In this document: positions 1 through 8,184 of the stretch, piece after piece | Layout: every line of letters begins with the position of its first letter | How positions within the stretch are numbered: the stretch's first letter is position 1 | IMG/VR virus record: IMGVR_UViG_3300005512_000015 | Direction: 5' to 3' (one strand) | DNA length: 20,000 nt | From: an uncultured virus (IMG/VR IMGVR_UViG_3300005512_000015) | Taxonomy: Duplodnaviria > Heunggongvirae > Uroviricota > Caudoviricetes | Program-made: the position numbers and the translations under genes | Notes under the pieces: model-generated | What the model saw: the letters and a program-made list of their open reading frames with translations, nothing else | The model's database searches: none | What the model was told of the DNA's origin: nothing

Positions 1-442
1 TTAAATCAATATATGGAGTATCACCATATTTAACTTTAGATATCTCAGAACTAGCATCTAACAATTTACTAATAAATTTAACAGTAACTTCATCACCAGC
101 TTTTAGTAATCTATCTTTTGGTTTATCAGTTTGATAATAAAGAAAACAATCTAGTTGTCCCATTTCAATAGATTCTTTAAATTGTTGAATTTTTTGTCTA
201 TTTTTAATATTAAAATATTTTGTTGAAATTTCTTTAACATCAACCTTTTTTCCATCAATTATAAAGTCATGTCTCCAATTTAATGGCGCCTGTATATTTT
301 CTCCAGACTTATGAATTGTATACCATTCTAATAATAATGAATCGCAATTTTTTCTTGAATCATATGTGCCTTTAGCATACTCATTATCAGCATACTTAAC
401 AAAACACTCTGGAACAGTTATGGTTAATTCAGAATAAGCCAT
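1..442 (-). CDS. PD-(D/E)xK-fold nuclease, possibly DenB/endonuclease IV-like; 3' end runs off the window
   Basis: Not in the ORF track. Manual translation from ATG at 442 (TAATG overlap with the upstream stop) is open to position 1: MAYSELTITVPECF...LLLEWY...WRHDFIIDGKKVDVKEISTKYFNI..., giving an E...D...DVK catalytic pattern. Confidence 0.6.
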   Translation of the reverse strand, partial: MAYSELTITVPECFVKYADNEYAKGTYDSRKNCDSLLLEWYTIHKSGENIQAPLNWRHDFIIDGKKVDVKEISTKYFNIKNRQKIQQFKESIEMGQLDCFLYYQTDKPKDRLLKAGDEVTVKFISKLLDASSEISKVKYGDTPYIDL

Positions 443-657
443 TATATGCCTAAACCTTCAGACATTAATTGCATATTAAACATAATTTTTTGCAAATCGA
501 TATCCTTATTAGTTTTTTGAATTTGAAGTCTTAGTCTATTGTATTTTGGATCTTTAGTAGCTTGCATCCAATCTAATAGATATTCTTTTTGAGAGTCAAG
601 AGAACCTTGACCCATAACAGTAAGTCTGATTTCATTAGTAAATTTATTGTATTTCAT
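442..657 (-). CDS. hypothetical protein (71 aa)
   Basis: ORF with AAGGCGG RBS directly downstream of a consensus promoter; coupled to the nuclease gene. Confidence 0.7.
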   Translation of the reverse strand: MKYNKFTNEIRLTVMGQGSLDSQKEYLLDWMQATKDPKYNRLRLQIQKTNKDIDLQKIMFNMQLMSEGLGI

Positions 658-687
658 GATTTCCGCCTTTTGTTTATTTCATGATCT

Positions 688-717
688 ATTATATCAAATG
701 TTCTATGAAATGTAAAC
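688..717 (-). promoter_or_regulatory. early-type sigma70 promoter GTTTACA-N17-TATAAT
   Basis: Minus strand GTTTACAtttcatagaacatttgaTATAAT; a closely similar element lies at 14856-14885. Confidence 0.8.
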
Positions 718-751
718 GGAAATCACTAATTATTTTAGGGAATTTTTAAAT

Positions 752-2002
752 TTACCAATCTTCATCTTGTGGATGTGATTGTGTATCGCAACGTTGTTTA
801 GTATTATCTTGCTTAACGAATGGTGTTGTACTGATAGGTAATTCACCTTCAACGTAAGCTTTAATATTTTTACCAATAAATGTCGCTGTTTTTACTGGAA
901 CATTTTGACTAATGTTGCTCCATAGTTTTTCATCTACTAGATCAAAATCATGTGGATGTCCCATCAACCATAACAGTTCACGAATATTATAACCACGTTC
1001 ATACTTTGGTTGTAACATACGATGTGCAGCTTTATTAACTACAGCATTCATATATTGACCTTGATGAGTGATAAACGTTGAACTATCCCAGAAGTTTTGT
1101 CCAGCATCTGTCTTAGCTTTACAATGTAAACATAATTTCTTAGCTTTTTCATTACCCTTTTTATCGAAATAATCAGCAGCAATATCAAAACCAATTTTTT
1201 GCGTTAATTGTAATGATGTCCAAGTGGATTTCTTATCTTCTGGATCGATTTTCTTAACTGCTTCTAACATCGTATTTACACCTAAGTGATCAAGTGCAAA
1301 GTGGTAATAATCATCTAATGAATCTTCAGCAACTGGAGTTTGTTGATTAGCTGATTCAGGAATCATATCTAAATAATCAGATAGTAATGGAAAATCTTTA
1401 TCTTCATAGTTAAACAACCCAGGATTACCATCACGATAAAACATAATAAATGTACGTTGACGTGATTGAGGAATTCCATGACGAATTGTATTTGTTTTAA
1501 CTAGTTGTGTTGTGTAATTATATTCTTCAGCAATTTCACGAATCCTATTGATAGTTGCTTCACCTGATTTAGTATAAGCAGCTGGAGCATTTTCATAAGC
1601 AACAACTTTAGCTTCAGTTTTCATACCAAGACGAGATAAAGCATACATATTCTGGTTTTGATCGTTATCTGCACAACCTCTTTTCTTAGATCCACATGTA
1701 CTTGAATTCATTTGAGATAATCCAGCACAAACAGCTACGTGCATTAATACATCTAGATTAGTACAAAGTTTATTGAAAAGCTTTTCATCATCTTCACCAA
1801 TAAATGTCTCGTAATCATCTTTCATATTGATTACCGGAATACCAAGTGATCTAGTGTTATTCATGTAGTTGATGTAATGCGAATCATTATCAAATCCAGC
1901 AGTAATAATAGCTACTGGAGGTGTTTCAAATGCTGCTTCAAAACCAATTGACATTCCACCGATGAGAGGCTGTGCAACTGCCCATTTAATATTACCACTC
2001 AT
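752..2002 (-). CDS. divergent DNA cytosine-C5 methyltransferase homolog (416 aa)
   Basis: Motifs in C5-MTase order: I QPLIGG, IV AVCAGLS, VI YENAP, VIII GIPQSRQR, IX RELLWLMGHP, X SQNVP. Start placed at ATG 2002 (MSGNIKW) with GAGG RBS, overlapping the upstream stop. Confidence 0.85.
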   Translation of the reverse strand: MSGNIKWAVAQPLIGGMSIGFEAAFETPPVAIITAGFDNDSHYINYMNNTRSLGIPVINMKDDYETFIGEDDEKLFNKLCTNLDVLMHVAVCAGLSQMNSSTCGSKKRGCADNDQNQNMYALSRLGMKTEAKVVAYENAPAAYTKSGEATINRIREIAEEYNYTTQLVKTNTIRHGIPQSRQRTFIMFYRDGNPGLFNYEDKDFPLLSDYLDMIPESANQQTPVAEDSLDDYYHFALDHLGVNTMLEAVKKIDPEDKKSTWTSLQLTQKIGFDIAADYFDKKGNEKAKKLCLHCKAKTDAGQNFWDSSTFITHQGQYMNAVVNKAAHRMLQPKYERGYNIRELLWLMGHPHDFDLVDEKLWSNISQNVPVKTATFIGKNIKAYVEGELPISTTPFVKQDNTKQRCDTQSHPQDEDW

Positions 2003-3341
2003 CCAATCCAACCTCTTCGTCTTTAATTTCAAATATTTCACGTTTCTTTTTAACGTAATATGAATATTCATTACGTGTACAATCTTTAACATTAAATGAA
2101 AGCGCATTATCAGGGAATGTATTCATTAAAATTAAGAAGTTCTCGTAACCAAATTCACCATGCGTTTTCTTTAGTAGTTCTTCAAATGAAAGTTTGTTTT
2201 CTTCTTTACCAACTTCTAAAATTTCTTTAATGAAATTAGGAACAACAATATCAGCCGATACTTCACGATAAATGAACTCTTTACCATTTTTTACATATTC
2301 TTCAAATAGTTCTTTGTTATTAGCAATTTCAACCATTTGATCATATACATCTGATAAATCTTTTTCAGCACTAAATAATGCAATTTTGTCATTATCGATA
2401 TAACGTTTACCAGTACTGTCTACATTGTTTTCACCATAATGTTTATCAAAAATTGGAATAGCACCATTAATGAAGATTTCCATTTGTGAATATTCCATAC
2501 GATCACCATAGTTTTGAGGCTCTTTTGGTAGCGCAAAACCAGAATAACCAAACATTGTTTTAGCTAGTAATTCTTGACCAACTTCATATGGGTATGGACC
2601 AAACACTGTACAAGTTTCCATGTCTTCTTCAAGGTTATCAAACTTAGGTTGATATACACAATTTGGATGATCGATAATATCGCCTTTAGCTCCAATTGAA
2701 CGCTCAATACCAATTAAACGACCCTTGAATTCATTGTTAGGAATATCTAAGAAATTTAGTACTCTATTAGGACCCTTCATTGATGTCCAACGACCAGCAT
2801 ATAGAACCATTTTTTCTTTTTCTTCAAATGGCACAGCTTTGTAATTGATATTCATTGGCATAGCAAAACGTCTAATACGATCTTGCTTATGATCTAATAT
2901 AGACTTAACGGCTGTAGAATAATCAGTAATTGTACTAAAGTTATAAGTTTGATCACATTGATTAGCAATAGCAACGTGCATTGGAATACGTTCATAGTTT
3001 GCTTTTTTGATTTCGTGCATCATAGCAACAGTGATAGGTTTATTAACCTTCATAATCATATCAAAAAAGAATGACTTAGTTGTACTTGGTTTATTACCAC
3101 TTCCTGGGTATGAGTTATAGATAACAATATCATAGTTGTCGTTTAGCTTTTGAGCCGTTTCTTCTATTTCTTCTGGTAAAAAGTCGATGTACTCTCCAAC
3201 GTGTCCACCACCTCGACCGAAAGTCTTTTCTTTAAGATTATAGATGTCTAAATCTTCTTTGTAAAAATCCTGAAAAACTGCAGCGTATTTTTCAACGCCG
3301 CAACCATCTAAACCTTTACCAAATACGATTGCTATTTTCAT
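1992..3341 (-). CDS. a-gt: DNA alpha-glucosyltransferase-like glycosyltransferase (T4 AGT family, GT-B)
   Basis: Colinear with recalled T4 AGT motifs: GLDGCGVEK (T4 GLEGCGVTK), NSYP, GRWTSMKG (GRTTTWKG), GIERS (GLERS), EYSQME (EYTHLE), GAIPIF (GTIPVF). Confidence 0.85.
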   Translation of the reverse strand: MKIAIVFGKGLDGCGVEKYAAVFQDFYKEDLDIYNLKEKTFGRGGGHVGEYIDFLPEEIEETAQKLNDNYDIVIYNSYPGSGNKPSTTKSFFFDMIMKVNKPITVAMMHEIKKANYERIPMHVAIANQCDQTYNFSTITDYSTAVKSILDHKQDRIRRFAMPMNINYKAVPFEEKEKMVLYAGRWTSMKGPNRVLNFLDIPNNEFKGRLIGIERSIGAKGDIIDHPNCVYQPKFDNLEEDMETCTVFGPYPYEVGQELLAKTMFGYSGFALPKEPQNYGDRMEYSQMEIFINGAIPIFDKHYGENNVDSTGKRYIDNDKIALFSAEKDLSDVYDQMVEIANNKELFEEYVKNGKEFIYREVSADIVVPNFIKEILEVGKEENKLSFEELLKKTHGEFGYENFLILMNTFPDNALSFNVKDCTRNEYSYYVKKKREIFEIKDEEVGLDEW

Positions 3342-3343
3342 TT

Positions 3344-4726
3344 CTATCCTTCTAGTATATTTGTTATTTCATGATTAATTATATCATTTTCGTTATTAAT
3401 AAACTGATCAATTTTGAATAACTCTCTTAGTTCTGCCAATATTTCATTTCTTTTTTCTGGGTTAGAATTAAAAAATTCAATACGTTCATCGATCTCAGCA
3501 GAGTTATGTACAACTAAATGTTTTTGTATTCTTTTTGGTATTTGTAAAAAGCTTGGATCATATTGCTCATCCAACAATGGAAGAATATTTTCCGAAACAT
3601 AAAATACTGGTTTAAAGTTCAATGAATCATAATGTGATACACACCTAAACACGATACCATATTTGTATTTAGCTATTTGCTTATACAATTCTAAAGGTGG
3701 AATACCTTCTTTAAAGTTTTGATGGCTTGTAACCTCATCAACAATCTCGCTTCTATTTTTTGATAGATAGTCTTCGTGTTTCTTAGTTTTCTTAGTGAAA
3801 TTGTTTCTAACTAATGGAACAAAATAAGTACTTTTATTAGCTTTAACATCTTTTAAGAATGTTGGCCAAACTGTACTTCTAAATCCTGTGTCATGGAATA
3901 ATGTACCGGCGAAAAATAAGTTATGTGTTTTCTGAACTTCTTCCTCAATACCCCAATCATCTAATGAATTGTTGTTAAATTTCTTATCATATAATAAATG
4001 TTGAAATTGTGCAATTGGAAACTTTAAAAAATCTCTTGTACCACGTTTATCGGCTTCAAAATAATAAGCCTTTAATGGAATATTGTTTTGCTTATAATAG
4101 AATGATGGAAATGCTGGATCAATAATAAATGAAATTACACTACCTTTTAACTTGTTATTGTCATTTAAATACTTAATAAAATAGTTCATAAAATGAGCAG
4201 TTTTAGTACTAAAAGCAATAGGTGAAACTAATCTGTCCCATTCATCTACTAGATATTTGTCAGTAATTTCAATGTCATGTAATGTCTTTTCGTCAGTACC
4301 GACATAATCAAAGTATTCGTGTTTTAGTTCATTAAGTTCTTTATTAAGCGAAGTATTACAATACGCGGTCAATGGTAAGCGATATCCAAAATCTGTACCT
4401 AAAATGATATTATCAATATCGGGCAATCCATTGAATGATGCTTCCAATGATTTATGTATTTCAACTTTATTTATGTCTCTATAATTTTCAGCGTCTGATT
4501 TTCTAAGTAGTTTATCCCAACCACTTTTAAATTCATAATAATTATCAGTTAAACCGCAACTTGTACCAATAGTGATTATATTATATTGATCTTTAATTTT
4601 TTCTTTGATGTACCGAGCGGTACCATACGTATTTGTGTATTCGTCTTGTTTTCCTTTGTCCACAAACAACAAAGTTTTTTTACAAGGGTCAATTTGGAGC
4701 TGCCCTTGTAATTCGAAAATTTCCAT
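3344..4726 (-). CDS. beta-glucosyltransferase-like (T4 BGT fold) DNA glycosyltransferase, divergent
   Basis: C-terminal half is colinear with recalled T4 BGT: FPIAQF (FPIEQY), KTHNLFFAGT (KTLDVIYGGS), LLDEQYD (LIDEEFD), VHNSAEIDERI (VNNRAELIDRV); lies between a-gt and sugar-activation genes. Confidence 0.65.
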   Translation of the reverse strand: MEIFELQGQLQIDPCKKTLLFVDKGKQDEYTNTYGTARYIKEKIKDQYNIITIGTSCGLTDNYYEFKSGWDKLLRKSDAENYRDINKVEIHKSLEASFNGLPDIDNIILGTDFGYRLPLTAYCNTSLNKELNELKHEYFDYVGTDEKTLHDIEITDKYLVDEWDRLVSPIAFSTKTAHFMNYFIKYLNDNNKLKGSVISFIIDPAFPSFYYKQNNIPLKAYYFEADKRGTRDFLKFPIAQFQHLLYDKKFNNNSLDDWGIEEEVQKTHNLFFAGTLFHDTGFRSTVWPTFLKDVKANKSTYFVPLVRNNFTKKTKKHEDYLSKNRSEIVDEVTSHQNFKEGIPPLELYKQIAKYKYGIVFRCVSHYDSLNFKPVFYVSENILPLLDEQYDPSFLQIPKRIQKHLVVHNSAEIDERIEFFNSNPEKRNEILAELRELFKIDQFINNENDIINHEITNILEG

Positions 4727-4728
4727 GT

Positions 4729-6252
4729 CTATCCTTTATATATTTTGTAAATATTTTTAAAGATATCATAGTAAACCTCCTGATTATTTTTGTTGTGTGA
4801 ATGTAATGGAATCATGCTCAAAAACAAACTTGCACAAATCAAAAGGATATACTTGATCTCTTCTTCTTTGTAATATTTATTTGTTTTATTTTTGAATAAT
4901 TCTTTTATATTAGTTTTACCATTATTGTATAATTTGTAAGTATCACCATCTTTAACATAAAGCTCTGAGTCTACAAAATCATAATCAAATAGAATACTGT
5001 GGAAAACTTTAGCCATTTCATAATAATGGTCTCCAAATAATTCACCTCTTGGGTCAATCATTTTAATTTTATCTGCTTGGAAATCATAAAGTAGATTACT
5101 GAAACAAAAATCACCGTGCATTAATGATGGTCTATTGAATTTACCAATTTCATTTTCTAATTCTTTTATGAATTCATTAACTAGTTTGTTCTCAACTGGG
5201 ATTTCTATATCTTTAATACGATCTTTAGTTTTACCAACGATAGATTTCATAAAGTTATTTGGTTGACCATAAGATTCCATTTTATGTAATGTATCAAACA
5301 TTGATTCAAAAATAGAATCCCAAGTTTCTTCTGATGAATCCAAGAATAGATAAATTTCACGTAATGAAGGTGCTAAAACCTTTTCCATTTTATACCAAGT
5401 TCTTGAACTGTAAAGATCTTTACCAAAGATTCTTGGAGTATCTACTGCAATATCGTCAGGTAGATTAGTAAACCAATTGTATTCTTTAATAAGTTTTTCA
5501 CGTTCTAACTCAGAACTCTTAGTAATAAATGGACCATCAACAGCAATATCATTAAATGATCTACTAATCTTAACAGATCTATTTTGTAGATATTCATCTA
5601 GTGTTCCAAAGTCAACTAGATTTAAATTAGTTGTGAACATAGAATCAACTTTTGAAATATCTTCTAGTACTGTACTAATTTGGAATTCACCAGCAATACG
5701 ATTACTATCTGAAGATAATTGATCAGTCAAAAATGCATACAATAATTCTGAATCTTTGATGTGATAAACACCTGAAACAGCTAAGTTAGTATCTGGTCTT
5801 TCTTGAGGTTTATCAAAGAATGTTAACGATCCTTTAGAATCATCTTCAACCATACACCATCTTGAATAGTCAGGTACTTCTTGAACTGAAATAAAGTTAA
5901 CATCAAAATCACATGTAGCAATTTGATCTTCAACAACCAAGTCACCAAGCAATATAAGAACACTATCTTTATCGCCTTCGAACAAACCACTATGAATTGC
6001 TCCAGACAAACCATTTTGTTGTTCTTGTCTAGTGATAGTTACTTTCTTGTTATAGAAACTAAGAATTTCTTTTACTGTTTCTTCTTGGTGATTTAACACA
6101 ACTCTAATATCGTTACAGCCGTGTTGTTCTAACCACTCAATTTGGTGGATTAGAATAGGTTTTTCTTTGTATGGTAAAATGGTTTTAGAGTATTGTTTTC
6201 CTAACTCTTTAAACCTAGTGCCTTTACCTGCGGCAGGAATAATTCCAATCAT
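4729..6252 (-). CDS. sugar-phosphate nucleotidyltransferase fused to APH/choline-kinase-fold phosphotransferase
   Basis: N-terminal IIPAAGKGTRF...K, LLGD, DFGT; C-terminal HGDFCFSN and MIDPRG kinase motifs. Confidence 0.85.
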   Translation of the reverse strand: MIGIIPAAGKGTRFKELGKQYSKTILPYKEKPILIHQIEWLEQHGCNDIRVVLNHQEETVKEILSFYNKKVTITRQEQQNGLSGAIHSGLFEGDKDSVLILLGDLVVEDQIATCDFDVNFISVQEVPDYSRWCMVEDDSKGSLTFFDKPQERPDTNLAVSGVYHIKDSELLYAFLTDQLSSDSNRIAGEFQISTVLEDISKVDSMFTTNLNLVDFGTLDEYLQNRSVKISRSFNDIAVDGPFITKSSELEREKLIKEYNWFTNLPDDIAVDTPRIFGKDLYSSRTWYKMEKVLAPSLREIYLFLDSSEETWDSIFESMFDTLHKMESYGQPNNFMKSIVGKTKDRIKDIEIPVENKLVNEFIKELENEIGKFNRPSLMHGDFCFSNLLYDFQADKIKMIDPRGELFGDHYYEMAKVFHSILFDYDFVDSELYVKDGDTYKLYNNGKTNIKELFKNKTNKYYKEEEIKYILLICASLFLSMIPLHSHNKNNQEVYYDIFKNIYKIYKG

Positions 6253-6609
6253 TTAATATCCTTCTAACATGTGAAGCTCGTCTGGCCTCATTGCTTTATC
6301 ATCTATATAGATTATACCATAAGGTTTATTAAAACTTAGCTCATTATACTTAACACCGTGTTTTTCTAACCATGCTTTAATGCGTGGACGATACATAGCA
6401 ATTGCATCTTCACGAATAGGAGCAGAAAAATGACCACGAGCTGTAAAAATACTAATTTCGTAACCCTTATCGAATAACTCGTTTAACTTATTTATGAGTG
6501 GAAGATTAGGAACTCCTCCTTCAATGTCAGAAGTGTCTGGACCAAAATGTTGGCAAAGTGTATCATCAAAATCTACAACAAAACGTTTGTTTAATTTTTC
6601 TTTAGTCAT
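6253..6609 (-). CDS. capless HAD phosphatase (capsule-biosynthesis EcbF/BcbF type)
   Basis: DFDDT (motif I), FTARG (II), KP (III), YIDDK (IV); start placed at ATG 6609 with AGGA RBS. Confidence 0.85.
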   Translation of the reverse strand: MTKEKLNKRFVVDFDDTLCQHFGPDTSDIEGGVPNLPLINKLNELFDKGYEISIFTARGHFSAPIREDAIAMYRPRIKAWLEKHGVKYNELSFNKPYGIIYIDDKAMRPDELHMLEGY

Positions 6610-7144
6610 TGTTAGTCCTATGTAATGAGCCAAATGATAAACTGATTTTCACTGGCATATTTTTTAAATCTTTAAATAGCGTTTTATCGCACTCTTCATA
6701 ACTAGGCGCTTCTTTCATCTTAGATAAATGAACAATAAGTTGATGAGGTAACGTACAAATAAATTCTAAGTCAGCTGGTAAAGCACCATCAAAGTCTGAA
6801 CTTCTAAAGTGAACAATTACGTGAATGTAATCTCTAACTAAAAGTTGAATCATCGAAATACAATCAGCACTGACGGCAACTAGTCTGCGAGTATCTGTTA
6901 TATCTACGGGACTGTAGTATTTGATCTCTTGTAGACGTGTAAACAATTGATGTTCAAGGTATTTATGAAAGTGTAATTCAAACTTTTTACGAGTAGTTAA
7001 AACTGGTGTTTCATTATCTTTAAAAAAGTCTTCACCTTGTTTAAAGCAATCAAATTGATTGTCAAAATATAGATCGTAATTGAACGCGACAAGTTCTTTA
7101 TCACCATCAAGACTTTCAATTACGAATTCACGTAACCCTTGCAT
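6602..7144 (-). CDS. minimal thymidylate-synthase-fold protein (180 aa)
   Basis: DTRR, CISMIQLLVR (catalytic Cys), FRSSD...LPAD, GSLH in TS motif order. Confidence 0.7.
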   Translation of the reverse strand: MQGLREFVIESLDGDKELVAFNYDLYFDNQFDCFKQGEDFFKDNETPVLTTRKKFELHFHKYLEHQLFTRLQEIKYYSPVDITDTRRLVAVSADCISMIQLLVRDYIHVIVHFRSSDFDGALPADLEFICTLPHQLIVHLSKMKEAPSYEECDKTLFKDLKNMPVKISLSFGSLHRTNND

Positions 7145-7815
7145 TATACTTCCAACGCTTCTAATTGATCAAAGTGACGTTCATAAACATGGATATTTGA
7201 AACTGTCCAAATAAGTTTACCAACTTTAACATTTAAGTCTTTGGCTAGTTGAGCTTGTACATGTTTAGCCCATGCGTAATCATTGTTGTAACCGAATACT
7301 GAATCATTTGAACGCATGATATAATGTGAATGTAATTCACCATCACGAATAAAGAATGAGTTTGCGAATGTACACATAAAATCATTCATACCATCTTTGT
7401 TAAAATCAGTATGCATAGATGGACGATTGTAAATCATAGTTGCTCTACGAGAATCAGGGTTAGCAGACAATTCATCAAAAACATTTTCATATTGATTGCC
7501 ATTTTCTTCAGTATAGATACACCAACCATAGTTTGAATTGATTTCACCATCTTTGGATGAAATAGCTTCCCAGATGGCTGGAGTTTTACCAGGGATATCA
7601 GCAACTTTTAGTGAAGCGCTTTTATACCATTCCAATTCACGCTCAATATATTCATAAGCAGGTGTACGAACAATGTAATCTTCATCAGCTTCAAAAGTAG
7701 CACCAATGATTTCAATTGTTTTAGCACCAGTACGATCAACAGTGAATTCGGCATTGTTGTATGCTTCTTTGAACATTTTACGAATGTCGTTAACTTTAAG
7801 TGTAGTATTAATCAT
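7144..7815 (-). CDS. gp42: dCMP hydroxymethylase (T4 gp42 family)
   Basis: Near-identical blocks to recalled T4 gp42: KTIEIIGA, RELEWYKS, GEINSNYGW, NPDSRR, RPSM, DFMCT, MRSND..FG..NDYAW (Asp = dCMP specificity), HVY.RHF; start at ATG 7815 with AAGGAAAG RBS. Confidence 0.92.
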   Translation of the reverse strand: MINTTLKVNDIRKMFKEAYNNAEFTVDRTGAKTIEIIGATFEADEDYIVRTPAYEYIERELEWYKSASLKVADIPGKTPAIWEAISSKDGEINSNYGWCIYTEENGNQYENVFDELSANPDSRRATMIYNRPSMHTDFNKDGMNDFMCTFANSFFIRDGELHSHYIMRSNDSVFGYNNDYAWAKHVQAQLAKDLNVKVGKLIWTVSNIHVYERHFDQLEALEV

Positions 7816-8131
7816 TGTCTTTCCTTTTGTATCGATTATCCATTTCAGGATTAGTAGTTTCAAGTGTTTGCATTTTTAGAATCAATAGTTGTGTTAGTGC
7901 ATGATCAATGTGTGGCAAACCAGATTCAGGATCAAAGTCTTCACCTGACCAAAATGAATTTAAGTGCCGTTGTAGTGAAGAATAAGTACGTCCATAAGTA
8001 GTATTATTTACGTCATCGCGCCAATTGTTTTCACCATATTTTGCTGCACCAAAGCCAAGTACTTGTGCCATAGACATTAGTACTTCAGGTGGAATAAGAT
8101 GTAGTGGTGCTTTACCTTGATCAAATTTCAT
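7808..8131 (-). CDS. DUF5664-like dNTP diphosphohydrolase
   Basis: KFDQGK...LIP...VLGFGAAKYGENNW...RHL...GEDFDPESGLPHIDHA signature. Confidence 0.8.
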   Translation of the reverse strand: MKFDQGKAPLHLIPPEVLMSMAQVLGFGAAKYGENNWRDDVNNTTYGRTYSSLQRHLNSFWSGEDFDPESGLPHIDHALTQLLILKMQTLETTNPEMDNRYKRKDND

Positions 8132-8159
8132 ATCTATCCTTTTCTTTAATTATGTGTAT

Positions 8160-8181
8160 ATTATAACAAATGTTTGATTAA
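8160..8181 (-). promoter_or_regulatory. promoter TTAA-N12-TATAAT heading the modification operon
   Basis: Minus strand TTAAtcaaacatttgtTATAAT, with extended -10 TG. Confidence 0.75.
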
Positions 8182-8184
8182 ATT

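Noticed and set aside
2003..2107. Track's longer N-termini for the MTase (2107), HAD (6633) and gp42 (7863)
   Set aside because: Extensions overlap upstream genes; internal ATGs have RBSs and match domain starts.
4729..6609. Bacterial capsule locus or aminoglycoside resistance gene
   Set aside because: Context is phage DNA modification, with no export or polymerase genes; the kinase is fused to a sugar nucleotidyltransferase.
7144..7815. Ordinary thymidylate synthase or dUMP hydroxymethylase
   Set aside because: Blocks match T4 gp42 and the specificity residue is Asp (NDYAW), not Asn.
7808..8131. Z-genome or 7-deazaguanine pathway suggested by DUF5664
   Set aside because: No PurZ, DpdA or Que/FolE genes in the window; neighbours are cytosine-directed.
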